A stretch of DNA of 64,000 nt from a virus: the IMG/VR virus record IMGVR_UViG_3300034061_000981, positions 43,620 through 107,619 of that record; one strand, 5' to 3'. Below the pieces are notes generated by a model. It was given only the letters and a program-made list of their open reading frames with translations, was not told the origin of the DNA and ran no database searches. The position numbers and the translations under genes were made by a program. Position 1 is the stretch's first letter, and each line of letters starts with the position of its first letter. Shown here piece after piece: positions 48,445-57,351 of this stretch.

Positions 48445-50895
48445 ATGCCAATTAATACAGAAACCCTAAACCGACAACTTTACAAAAGACTATCAAAATA
48501 CAAGCCAAAACCATTAGATGCTGAAGGAAACGTTACTCCAGTAGAAGATGAAGCTGATGTATTCAAATTCATCTTTACTAAGGACGGAGAAGATTACGGA
48601 ACTGTTTTTGCTACGATTGATGATAATCATGCACTAACTATATACTATAGTGATGATGTAACAGAAAGCCCAGCTGGATCAACTCCTGATATAGGATATG
48701 ATGATAGTTGGACTGGATTACTTAAACAATTAAAATCTTGGGCAATGCATAATCAACTTAGTTGGAAATTAAAAGATAGATCCCATTTAGAGGGCGATAT
48801 GGCACGGAGAAACCACATGAACAAAAAAGACAAAATATCAGAAGGCTACCACGCAATGGGCAAGAGCCGCAGTTACAGCGACAATATACCTAGCGTTAAG
48901 ATTGTTATTGAACACAGTCGTCAAATTGAAGAAGGTGAACAACGTTATCGTAACATCAACAAGATTTTCTTAGAGAATCAAATGGGTGAGAGATTCTTGC
49001 TTGACACCAAGAAGCCTGGAATTGCACGTGTATATGCTAGACACATTGCCGAAGGTGGCAAAGTTAACGATGAGCGTTGGGGACACATTCAAAGTCTATG
49101 CGAAGAATATCAAAAGATGGCAGGATTCGTTCGTGCTACACGTAACAACCAATTCAATGAATCAGCACAGAAATTAGTTAATGAAGCAATCAATCACTAT
49201 CAAGGTTTGCGTGAGTCATTAAGTAAGATGACTGGCAAGCGTGGCTATGAAGCATACTTTGAATCATGGACACCTACATTGATGGAAGATGAAGTAGAAG
49301 AAACAAACTTAAATGAGTTGTTTGTGCAAGAGACATTAGATCCACGCATTGAAAGTGTAATGCCAATATTAAGTAAGTTACAAAAGAACTTAGGTGAGAT
49401 GAAAGAAGTTAATGCATTAGCTGAATGGGCTGATAGTTTAATTGAAGGTGAAGGCGGACCAGAAGCTAGTGAAGAACCAGTAGATGATGATATGGGTAAC
49501 GACACTTTCGGCGGTGAAGATGGAAATGACGCACCGGCTGACGATTTATCTGAAGATGAAAGCCTAACAAGCAACAATCCAATTGGCATTCCTGAAGGTG
49601 AGGATCACAATCCAGTAGCCGGTGCTATCACTCGCAGAATACTAATGCAACGCCAAGATTTGTTACAGAAGTTTGGTCCTGTTAAAGTTATGCAAGCAAT
49701 TGATGACGTTGCTGATTTTGTTGGTGATACTGATGAGATTGGTTCTAGTGATGTTAGTGGTTGGATCAAACAAGTAGAACGTTCATTGGGTGGTGTTGAT
49801 GAAGGTATGTTGGACACAGTTAAGAAAGTTGGAAGTAAAGTATTTGATAAATTAGGCGGCGGAAGCGAAGAAGATTTGTTAAAAGACTTACAGAAGAAAG
49901 CTGGTATCCCATCACACGCACAACATGGTAAACCAAATATGGCTAAGCCAAATGAAAAAGAAGTAGATGAAAGCGCACTACAAGCATACTTAGGCGATAA
50001 GAAGTATGGCAAAGATGGCATGGACGCATTACGCAAAGCTGGACAAGAACATGCTAGCGAAAAGACAATGCAAAACATTCGTGCTAAATTTAGTGATAAA
50101 GAAAAAGAAGTTGAAGAAGGCTTTGTTGGTAATATGATTAACAAAGCTAAAGGTATGTTTACAAAACCCGGACAACCAGCGGCAGCACCTGCTACGGCAG
50201 CTCCAGTAGTTCCAGATGCGGCAACTAAAGCAAGAATTGCGGCTGCACCACAAGGATATGATCCAAACACTGGTAAGCCACAAGTTGCCATGGGGTTAAG
50301 GCCAGGCGTTGTGAAAAAAGGTGGCACGATGGATATGACTAAAAAGGTTGTAGCACCGGCAGCAAAGCCAGCAGTTGCTCCTACTAAGTCTGGAAATTAC
50401 GATGGCGTAACCGGCGAACCTATTAGTGATAAAGCCAAAGCTGATGTGGCTTCTACGGCGGCCTGGAAAGCTAGCCCTGAAGGACAAGCCTTTAAAGCGT
50501 GGTCGGCTGCTCAACGAGCAGGCACCTTTAAAGGAACATTAAGACAGTGGCAACAAGCACAACAACCAACAGTAGCAGAAGATTTAGATGCTGACCAAAA
50601 GCGTGTAGGTCAATTAGGCCCTACTGAGAAAGTTAAGAATAACAACATCGGTAAACTAGTTGGTGCTAATGAAAACTTTATTAACACTGATGCCCAAGCT
50701 GTTGTTACTGAAGTAGACACTGGTGAATATGATGCTCGTAAATCAAGTTCCAAAGGCGAGACTACTCCAGAACAGGAAAAAGACTTCCGTAAGAAAGTAC
50801 AAGCATATGGTAAAGAGTTAGAACAGAGACAAAAAGAAAAAGTCAAAGAAGGACAAGATGACCTAAACGCTATCAAGCGACTATTGGGTAAATAA
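48445..50895 (+). CDS. Large late protein with a modular low-complexity C-terminus, probably protease-processed head protein
   Basis: ATAAATA at 48431; recurring [VLI]-x-E-[GSD] motifs. Confidence 0.6.
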   Translation: MPINTETLNRQLYKRLSKYKPKPLDAEGNVTPVEDEADVFKFIFTKDGEDYGTVFATIDDNHALTIYYSDDVTESPAGSTPDIGYDDSWTGLLKQLKSWAMHNQLSWKLKDRSHLEGDMARRNHMNKKDKISEGYHAMGKSRSYSDNIPSVKIVIEHSRQIEEGEQRYRNINKIFLENQMGERFLLDTKKPGIARVYARHIAEGGKVNDERWGHIQSLCEEYQKMAGFVRATRNNQFNESAQKLVNEAINHYQGLRESLSKMTGKRGYEAYFESWTPTLMEDEVEETNLNELFVQETLDPRIESVMPILSKLQKNLGEMKEVNALAEWADSLIEGEGGPEASEEPVDDDMGNDTFGGEDGNDAPADDLSEDESLTSNNPIGIPEGEDHNPVAGAITRRILMQRQDLLQKFGPVKVMQAIDDVADFVGDTDEIGSSDVSGWIKQVERSLGGVDEGMLDTVKKVGSKVFDKLGGGSEEDLLKDLQKKAGIPSHAQHGKPNMAKPNEKEVDESALQAYLGDKKYGKDGMDALRKAGQEHASEKTMQNIRAKFSDKEKEVEEGFVGNMINKAKGMFTKPGQPAAAPATAAPVVPDAATKARIAAAPQGYDPNTGKPQVAMGLRPGVVKKGGTMDMTKKVVAPAAKPAVAPTKSGNYDGVTGEPISDKAKADVASTAAWKASPEGQAFKAWSAAQRAGTFKGTLRQWQQAQQPTVAEDLDADQKRVGQLGPTEKVKNNNIGKLVGANENFINTDAQAVVTEVDTGEYDARKSSSKGETTPEQEKDFRKKVQAYGKELEQRQKEKVKEGQDDLNAIKRLLGK

Positions 50896-50903
50896 GTTCT
50901 CAA

Positions 50904-50928
50904 AAACCTCACTTAAAAGGTGAGGTTT
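50904..50928 (+). terminator. Hairpin, probable terminator
   Basis: AAACCTCACTT-AAA-AGGTGAGGTTT. Confidence 0.55.
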
Positions 50929-50940
50929 ACCATATCTGGC

Positions 50941-50979
50941 ATAAATACTATTGACAGGACGAGAAAGCAATGCTATACT
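50941..50979 (+). promoter_or_regulatory. Tandem late-type and sigma70 promoters for the ssb gene
   Basis: ATAAATA at 50941; TTGACA-17-TATACT at 50951-50979. Confidence 0.75.
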
Positions 50980-51059
50980 CTCTCATCGTGTTAGTCATTT
51001 CATAGGGAAGTGGCGAATATAAAAAACGAGACCATCTCAATTTATAAGGAAATAAAATC

Positions 51060-52058
51060 ATGGCATCATTAGCAGAAATTCGTGCTCGCATCTCAGCACA
51101 AGAAAACAAACAGCAAAAGGGTTCTAACACCCAATCTGATAACTCAATCTACCCCCACTGGAATATAGACGAAGGCACAACAGCCACAATTCGTTTCTTG
51201 CCAGACGGTAATACGAAGAATGAATTCTTCTGGGTTGAGCGTCAAATCATTAAATTGCCATTCAATGGCGTTAAAGGCGATCCAAACGTTAAGAAAATTG
51301 ACGTTCAAGTACCATGCGTAGAAATGTATGGCGACAGTTGCCCTATCTTGGCAGAAGTTCGTCCTTGGTACAAAGACGAAACATTGAAAGAAATGGCAAA
51401 CAAGTATTGGAAGAAGCGTAGTTACTTGTTCCAAGGTTTTGTAAAACAAAACCCATTAGGTGATGACAAAACTCCAGCGAATCCAATTCGTAGGTTTGTT
51501 ATCAGTCCACAAATCTTTACTATCATTAAATCTAGTTTGATGGATCCAGAGATGGAAGAATTGCCAACAGATTACTTGCGCGGTCTTGATTTCAACATTA
51601 AGAAAACAAGTAAAGGTGGTTATGCCGATTACTCAACAAGTAACTGGGCACGTAAAGAGTCTGTATTAACTGAAGCAGAGGCAGCGGCAATTGAATCACA
51701 TGGTTTGTTTAACTTGGCAGACTTCTTGCCTAAGAAACCCGGTGAAGCAGAATTGCGTGTTATCAAAGAAATGTTTGAGGCATCAGTAGACGGTCAATCA
51801 TATGACGTTGAGCGTTGGGGTGCATATTATCGTCCATATGGTGTTGAAGCACCTGCAGGAGCGACAGCGGAAAAACAAACAGCTACTACTGAAACTAGAG
51901 CACCCGCAACAGCACCCGTAGCAGAGACTTCTACTGCACCTTGGGATGAACCTGAAACATCAGTATCAAGTCCAGTTGTAGTTCCTGCTCAAGCAACATC
52001 AAGCGACAAAGCACAAGACATTCTAGCAATGATTCGTGCTAGACAAAACAAGTCTTAA
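51060..52058 (+). CDS. Single-stranded DNA-binding protein (T4 gp32-like)
   Basis: IRFLPD, CPI, YWKKRSY, DF.IKKTSKGGYADYSTS. Confidence 0.9.
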   Translation: MASLAEIRARISAQENKQQKGSNTQSDNSIYPHWNIDEGTTATIRFLPDGNTKNEFFWVERQIIKLPFNGVKGDPNVKKIDVQVPCVEMYGDSCPILAEVRPWYKDETLKEMANKYWKKRSYLFQGFVKQNPLGDDKTPANPIRRFVISPQIFTIIKSSLMDPEMEELPTDYLRGLDFNIKKTSKGGYADYSTSNWARKESVLTEAEAAAIESHGLFNLADFLPKKPGEAELRVIKEMFEASVDGQSYDVERWGAYYRPYGVEAPAGATAEKQTATTETRAPATAPVAETSTAPWDEPETSVSSPVVVPAQATSSDKAQDILAMIRARQNKS

Positions 52059-52063
52059 TCTCA

Positions 52064-52083
52064 ATAGGGGCTTCGGCCCCTAT
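52064..52083 (+). terminator. C(UUCG)G hairpin, terminator or stability element
   Basis: ATAGGGGC-TTCG-GCCCCTAT. Confidence 0.65.
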
Positions 52084-52097
52084 AATAGGAGAATAAT

Positions 52098-52325
52098 ATG
52101 ACATTACCAGACGAACGCTACCGTGCCCTTAAGCAGGGTAAAAAACTACTAGAGGAGTTGTGCGATCCAGGTCGCACTCCTCGTGTTCCTAGCCTTGTTA
52201 GGGACAGAGCAAGAGGTGCATTGCGACATTACCCATCTGATTATGAATTGGAGCGTATGGCAGAAAAATGCCCCGAATTACTTGATACACAACCATTTAG
52301 TGTGTACACTACAATAAACAAATAA
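52098..52325 (+). CDS. Hypothetical protein
   Basis: MTLPDERYRAL...TPRVP...LRHYP; AGGAG SD. Confidence 0.75.
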   Translation: MTLPDERYRALKQGKKLLEELCDPGRTPRVPSLVRDRARGALRHYPSDYELERMAEKCPELLDTQPFSVYTTINK

Positions 52326-52335
52326 GGAATATAAA

Positions 52336-52527
52336 ATGAAATACTTAGAAAAACTTACCAAGGTAAATGAATCATTTACTGTTAATCGCTATGACAACGG
52401 ATTTATGATTGAAGTAAGTGGAAGAGACACAGATAATGATTGGAAGAGTTGCAAGATTCTTTGCACTAGTGAAGATGAATTATTCGTTGTAATCAAAGAA
52501 GCACTCACTATGGAAATGGATAGTTAA
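52336..52527 (+). CDS. Hypothetical protein
   Basis: AAGGA SD. Confidence 0.7.
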   Translation: MKYLEKLTKVNESFTVNRYDNGFMIEVSGRDTDNDWKSCKILCTSEDELFVVIKEALTMEMDS

Positions 52528-52528
52528 A

Positions 52529-53596
52529 ATGGGAAAACCTTTTGACATTAGTAAGTTCCGTAAGGACATTACAAAAAGTATTGAAGGTCTATCAATAGGA
52601 TTTAACGATCCTACTGATTGGATCTCGACAGGAAATTATGCTCTCAACTATCTCATTAGTGGTGATTTTAATAAAGGCGTTCCTCTTGGTAAAGTTACTG
52701 TCTTTGCCGGAGAATCAGGAGCAGGAAAATCATTCATCTGCTCAGGAAACCTTGTTAGACACGCACAAGAACAAGGAATCTTTGTAGTCTTAGTTGACTC
52801 AGAGAATGCCCTTGACGAAGCGTGGCTACACGCACTTGGTGTATCAACTGACGACAATAAGTTGCTTAAACTTAATATGGCAATGATTGACGAAGTAGGA
52901 AAAACTATTTCTATGTTTGTTAAAGATTATAAAGCACTACCAGAAACAGATCGTCCCAAGGTATTGTTTGTAATTGATTCATTGGGTATGTTGTTAACAC
53001 CAACTGATGTGAATCAGTTTGAAGCAGGTGATATGAAAGGTGACATGGGTCGTAAGCCTAAAGCACTGACAGCACTTGTTCGTAACTGTGTTAATATGTT
53101 TGGTTCATTGGGTATTGGCTTAGTCGCTACTAATCACACATATGCTAGTCAAGATATGTTTGATCCAGATGATAAAATCAGTGGTGGTCAAGGTTTCGTT
53201 TACGCATCAAGTATCGTTGTTGCTATGAAGAAATTGAAACTTAAAGAAGATGAAGATGGTAATAAGATTAGTGATGTGCGAGGTATTCGTGCCGCATGTA
53301 AGATTATGAAAACACGTTATGCGAAACCATTTGAATCTGTTCAAGTTAAGATTCCTTATGAAACAGGTATGAGCCCTTACTCAGGATTACTAGATATGAT
53401 TGAGAAAGCTGAACTTGTTAAGAAAGAAGGCAACAGTCTTGTTTACACAACACTTGATGGTGAAATCATTAAGAAGTTTCGTAAAGCATGGGAAGCAAAC
53501 ACTGACGGTTGCTTAGACAAAGTAATGACTGAATATAGTCAAAAGGCAACAACAAAGATAAGTAATGTAACACCGGAGGGGGAGGTTACAGAATGA
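52529..53596 (+). CDS. uvsX: RecA-like recombinase UvsX
   Basis: STGNYALN, GESGAGKS, DSENA, IDSLG, TNHTY, SGG. Confidence 0.92.
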   Translation: MGKPFDISKFRKDITKSIEGLSIGFNDPTDWISTGNYALNYLISGDFNKGVPLGKVTVFAGESGAGKSFICSGNLVRHAQEQGIFVVLVDSENALDEAWLHALGVSTDDNKLLKLNMAMIDEVGKTISMFVKDYKALPETDRPKVLFVIDSLGMLLTPTDVNQFEAGDMKGDMGRKPKALTALVRNCVNMFGSLGIGLVATNHTYASQDMFDPDDKISGGQGFVYASSIVVAMKKLKLKEDEDGNKISDVRGIRAACKIMKTRYAKPFESVQVKIPYETGMSPYSGLLDMIEKAELVKKEGNSLVYTTLDGEIIKKFRKAWEANTDGCLDKVMTEYSQKATTKISNVTPEGEVTE

Positions 53597-53844
53597 GTTT
53601 AGATTTTGTTGCTGAAGTTTGGGACGCACTACGTTCTCATATAGATTTCAATGAGCGTAGTGACGCCGCAGACTCACTAATCAATTTATTAATTGATAAC
53701 AACTATGAAGCTGACGACATTAAAGATGCGTTTAGGGGTGACAAGGAAATGCTAAAAGCATTGAAAGGTTACGCGGAACAGAAAGATGTTGAAGAAGATT
53801 ACGAAGATTACGAAGAAGATATAGACACAGATGAATGGGATTAA
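53593..53844 (+). CDS. Acidic hypothetical protein
   Basis: GGAGG SD; D/E-rich tail. Confidence 0.7.
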   Translation: MSLDFVAEVWDALRSHIDFNERSDAADSLINLLIDNNYEADDIKDAFRGDKEMLKALKGYAEQKDVEEDYEDYEEDIDTDEWD

Positions 53845-54306
53845 ATGGCACATTGGTACAGCCGCATTACTGCGGATCTCTCAGTAATACCCGATTTCAT
53901 AACACACTATGAGACTGAATTAATTTCAGCTAAAAAAGAAGTAAAGGTATACGGCAATGTTGAAAAGAATATTGCCGCTATTCCCGGCATCACTGAACAT
54001 CGTTTCAATCAATTACAAGAGATTGAAGCGGTATTGAACTATCTTAATATTCAATTACGGAAAATTCGCCGAAAACATTTTCAAAAATACCTAGAGGCGT
54101 ATAATAGAGCATTGACAAGTCGTGATGCTGAAAAGTATGTTGATGGTGAAGATGAAGTAATTGACTTTGAAGTGTTAATTAATGAAGTCGCACTATTGCG
54201 AAACACATGGCTTGGTATATTAAAGGGACTCGAAGCCAAACAATGGCAGATGGGTCATATTGTTAAACTCCGTACTGCTGGTATGGAAGACATATCGATA
54301 GGATAA
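53845..54306 (+). CDS. uvsY: Recombination mediator UvsY-like
   Basis: Helical; DAEKYVDGE...KGLEAKQWQ..HIVKLRTAG; close to uvsX. Confidence 0.7.
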   Translation: MAHWYSRITADLSVIPDFITHYETELISAKKEVKVYGNVEKNIAAIPGITEHRFNQLQEIEAVLNYLNIQLRKIRRKHFQKYLEAYNRALTSRDAEKYVDGEDEVIDFEVLINEVALLRNTWLGILKGLEAKQWQMGHIVKLRTAGMEDISIG

Positions 54307-54308
54307 AA

Positions 54309-55124
54309 ATGTCAATTTGGAATAATCAAACAGCAATTGCCGGAGGTGGCATTACGCTACAATCGCCTGGTCGCCATCTCAACACAATTTCACTTGCCAA
54401 TATTGCCGGTGCTCAGGGTTCAGGTTATACCGGTACTCTTAGCTTTGATGAGTTTGCGTATAGACCTGATATTAAAAAATATGAAGTGTATGAAATTAGT
54501 CAAGACCTTCTTGCACTAAGTGTATGTTGGGCACGATATCGTAAAGTTAAGGATGACAATAAAGTACTTCCTACTATTACTAAACTATTAGATAGTGACT
54601 TGTTCCGTCTAGTTAGTGAAGATGACATTGCACACGCTAACGTTATACGTGATTACTATAGCAAGAAAATCATGGTATGGAAACTTAAGAATATTAATCT
54701 TACAAATTTCCGTCAAGATTTGAATACATTCATTCATAGTGATGGTAAAACGTTCAAAGAAACTATGATGCCATTAGCATATCGTTTACCTGAGTTTTAT
54801 GAGTATGATGTTGAATTTGAAAAAATGTCATTTGATTATAACAAAGAAGTTAAACGACAAGGATCAGTTCATGCAACTGATAAAAAACATTTGACTTATA
54901 TTAAATCATTGTCGGTTAATACAAAGCGTTTTAAGAAAATTGAATATTGGTTTAGTGATAGTCATAACAACTTAGTTCAAATGAATTTAGAGACTAACAA
55001 CCCACTGAATTCGTTATTAGAAAAAGTAATCACATCAGGTTCCGTTGACGTAGTAGGACGATATGGAACAGGCAATAGAGATGGCAACGAATTCTTTAGA
55101 GTAGAAAAATATAAGTTTGTCTAA
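54309..55124 (+). CDS. Hypothetical protein
   Basis: Long ORF; IRDYYSKK and YRLPEFY. Confidence 0.7.
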   Translation: MSIWNNQTAIAGGGITLQSPGRHLNTISLANIAGAQGSGYTGTLSFDEFAYRPDIKKYEVYEISQDLLALSVCWARYRKVKDDNKVLPTITKLLDSDLFRLVSEDDIAHANVIRDYYSKKIMVWKLKNINLTNFRQDLNTFIHSDGKTFKETMMPLAYRLPEFYEYDVEFEKMSFDYNKEVKRQGSVHATDKKHLTYIKSLSVNTKRFKKIEYWFSDSHNNLVQMNLETNNPLNSLLEKVITSGSVDVVGRYGTGNRDGNEFFRVEKYKFV

Positions 55125-55127
55125 AAT

Positions 55128-55156
55128 TTGACAATAAATGGGCATCCTGCTATACT
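55128..55156 (+). promoter_or_regulatory. Early promoter, TTGACAATAAAT family
   Basis: TTGACA-17-TATACT. Confidence 0.8.
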
Positions 55157-55184
55157 ATAAACATAGTAAAAGAAAGGAATCATT

Positions 55185-55397
55185 ATGCGTAGTTTTACTT
55201 TTGATGTAGTGGAAGTGATGAATGCTAATGGGTATTGCCGCAAGGTTGAGGGATCTAACTGGCTTAAGCTAGCAAAAAAGATGGTTCGTGAGGGCCGCGC
55301 TACTCTGGTAGAAAATAACTCACAATGGTCTGGTTATGGTAGCTCGCAATACGTAAGCTATAGACGCTGGAACTATACTGTAACTGAAGTTGTTTAA
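55185..55397 (+). CDS. Hypothetical early protein
   Basis: AAGGA SD and own promoter. Confidence 0.7.
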   Translation: MRSFTFDVVEVMNANGYCRKVEGSNWLKLAKKMVREGRATLVENNSQWSGYGSSQYVSYRRWNYTVTEVV

Positions 55398-55414
55398 AAA
55401 CAACAGGCCCAAAC

Positions 55415-55443
55415 TTGACGATAAATCAGTTTGGGTCTATAAT
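55415..55443 (+). promoter_or_regulatory. Early promoter embedded in an inverted repeat
   Basis: TTGACG-17-TATAAT; CCCAAACTTGA...TCAGTTTGGG. Confidence 0.75.
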
Positions 55444-55477
55444 AGAGGCTTAGATAGTCAAAAAGCAGGAGTTGTTT

Positions 55478-55690
55478 ATGGGTTATAAAGTTGTTGCTGA
55501 CAAGTATCAAATGGACGAAATGCGTACAAAATACGGTCCTCGTCCCGGTCTAGAAGGTCCTTTTAACTTCTCCGGAAGAGTGTTGTATTATGACAACAAA
55601 GAAGGCCAGTACTATGATCCTAGGTCCGATTTCTACGTAGAACAGTCGGAAATGAACGAAATTCATGCTAATTTAATTGCCAAAATTTGA
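55478..55690 (+). CDS. Hypothetical early protein
   Basis: AGGAG SD; GLEGPF..GRVLYYD.KEGQYYDP. Confidence 0.7.
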   Translation: MGYKVVADKYQMDEMRTKYGPRPGLEGPFNFSGRVLYYDNKEGQYYDPRSDFYVEQSEMNEIHANLIAKI

Positions 55691-55726
55691 CAATAAATGG
55701 GCCCTGTGATACAATACTTGTATTGA
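55687..55726 (+). promoter_or_regulatory. Early promoter, extended repeat copy 2
   Basis: TTGACAATAAATGGGCCCTGTGATACAATACTTGTATTGA. Confidence 0.85.
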
Positions 55727-55748
55727 AACTAATAAAGAGGACTTGAAA

Positions 55749-56126
55749 ATGACTACAGAATTCAAATCTTGGGACGAGTTGACACAATTGGAACAAGCCC
55801 GTGAACTTTACTGGGACATGTACAAGGATGCTTACGGTGTTCGCCCCCGTGGTATCGACACTTCAACTTGGACTTTGGAACAGTTTGAAGCTGAATTCCA
55901 AGGACTCGGAGTGGCTATTGAAGCTGAAGAAAAGGCCCGTGTTGCGGCCGAGCAAAATGCAGTTTTCTCTTTTGAGAAACGTATCAGTGACCTGATGTTT
56001 TCGGGTGCTAAGGACCGTGCAACAGCAATGCGCTGGATCCACGAAGCCGAGGACACTAATGGCGATGATGACTATTTGGCTTGGACACTAGGCTTGCCCT
56101 ATATGTATTTTCGCAAGGTAGCATAA
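55749..56126 (+). CDS. Hypothetical early protein
   Basis: WDMYKDAYGVRPR; GAGG SD. Confidence 0.75.
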   Translation: MTTEFKSWDELTQLEQARELYWDMYKDAYGVRPRGIDTSTWTLEQFEAEFQGLGVAIEAEEKARVAAEQNAVFSFEKRISDLMFSGAKDRATAMRWIHEAEDTNGDDDYLAWTLGLPYMYFRKVA

Positions 56127-56127
56127 T

Positions 56128-56167
56128 TTGACAATAAATGGCAATTGTGCTATAATACTTGTATTGA
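56128..56167 (+). promoter_or_regulatory. Early promoter, extended repeat copy 3
   Basis: TTGACAATAAATGGCAATTGTGCTATAATACTTGTATTGA. Confidence 0.85.
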
Positions 56168-56192
56168 TTGATTAACACACACAGGAGAAACT

Positions 56193-57218
56193 ATGTCTAC
56201 AATTCGCATTCTTTCAGGCTCTTATCGCAAACAAGCAGTAGTCAATACTGAGTTTACACTTGTCAAGGGTTTTCAGACAGGTAAAAAAGGTAGTTATGTG
56301 ACTGTTAAAAATGACGGTCAATTCGCAATCAACATCCCTGAAGTTAAGGTCCTTGTTGATAATATTAATGATATTGAATTTTTGAATGGAGAACAAGTGT
56401 TAGCAAATACAGTAGAATTTAAAAAAGAAGCAGTTAAAGAAACTGAAACAGAAGCAATGGACCGCATTGCGACACGTTTTGAGGTCCTTGATGAAATGTC
56501 ACGTGCATGTATCAACGGTGACATTCGTGCTATGATTGTGTCAGGCCCGCCCGGTGTAGGTAAGTCACACGGTGTTGAGACACAAATGGAAAAAGCAAGT
56601 ATGTTTGACAAACTTGCAGGTAAGAAAGTTCGCTTTCAAATTGTCAAAGGTGCTATGACAGCATTGGGTTTGTATACTCAATTGTACAAATATTCTGACA
56701 CAAAGAATGTTTTGATTTTTGATGATTGCGACAGTGTTTTTACTGATGACTTGAGTTTGAATATTCTCAAGGCCGCACTTGATTCAGGCAAGACACGTAG
56801 AATTTGCTGGAATAGTGATTCACGTTTGTTGCGTGACGAAGGTATCCCTAATACTTTCAACTTCAATGGTAGTGCTATCTTTATCACTAACTTGAAATTT
56901 AGCAATCTTAAATCTAAGAAATTGCAGGACCACTTAGAAGCATTGCAGTCACGTTGTCACTTTCTTGACTTGACTATTGATGGTGATCGTGACAAAATGT
57001 TGCGTATCAAGCAGGTACATCGTGATGCTGATGGTGGTCTGTTCAAAGACTACGATTTTACTGATGAGCAATCACAAACTGTAATTGACTTTATGTGGGC
57101 CAATCATACTAAATTGCGTGAAGTGTCCTTGCGTATGTGTTTGAAAATTGCAGACTTGGTTAAGATCAGCCCCAACAACTGGCAGAATCTTGCTAAGACA
57201 ACTTGTATGAAAGCATAA
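56193..57218 (+). CDS. P-loop/AAA ATPase
   Basis: GPPGVGKS, IFDDCD, FITN, ALQSRC. Confidence 0.82.
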   Translation: MSTIRILSGSYRKQAVVNTEFTLVKGFQTGKKGSYVTVKNDGQFAINIPEVKVLVDNINDIEFLNGEQVLANTVEFKKEAVKETETEAMDRIATRFEVLDEMSRACINGDIRAMIVSGPPGVGKSHGVETQMEKASMFDKLAGKKVRFQIVKGAMTALGLYTQLYKYSDTKNVLIFDDCDSVFTDDLSLNILKAALDSGKTRRICWNSDSRLLRDEGIPNTFNFNGSAIFITNLKFSNLKSKKLQDHLEALQSRCHFLDLTIDGDRDKMLRIKQVHRDADGGLFKDYDFTDEQSQTVIDFMWANHTKLREVSLRMCLKIADLVKISPNNWQNLAKTTCMKA

Positions 57219-57282
57219 CCCCTGCAGTGTGCGTAGAGGCAATGTCAATAAGTCCTCTCCGATAAATTTCTTCTTGACTTTC

Positions 57283-57306
57283 GGGGAACACATGTTCCCC
57301 TTTTTT
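57283..57306 (+). terminator. Intrinsic terminator
   Basis: GGGGAACA-CA-TGTTCCCC-TTTTTT. Confidence 0.75.
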
Positions 57307-57351
57307 GCCTTTATACTTGTAAATACGTTGAACAATCTATATAATATAAAA

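Noticed and set aside
49245-50912. Long minus-strand ORFs (such as 49605-50327), like most other minus-strand track ORFs
   Set aside because: They are antisense shadows of + strand genes, without an SD, promoter or recognisable motif
57219-57300. Ribozyme or riboswitch after the ATPase gene
   Set aside because: A hairpin (AGAGG/CCTCT) is present but I could not match hammerhead, twister, pistol or HDV cores; only the terminator is supported
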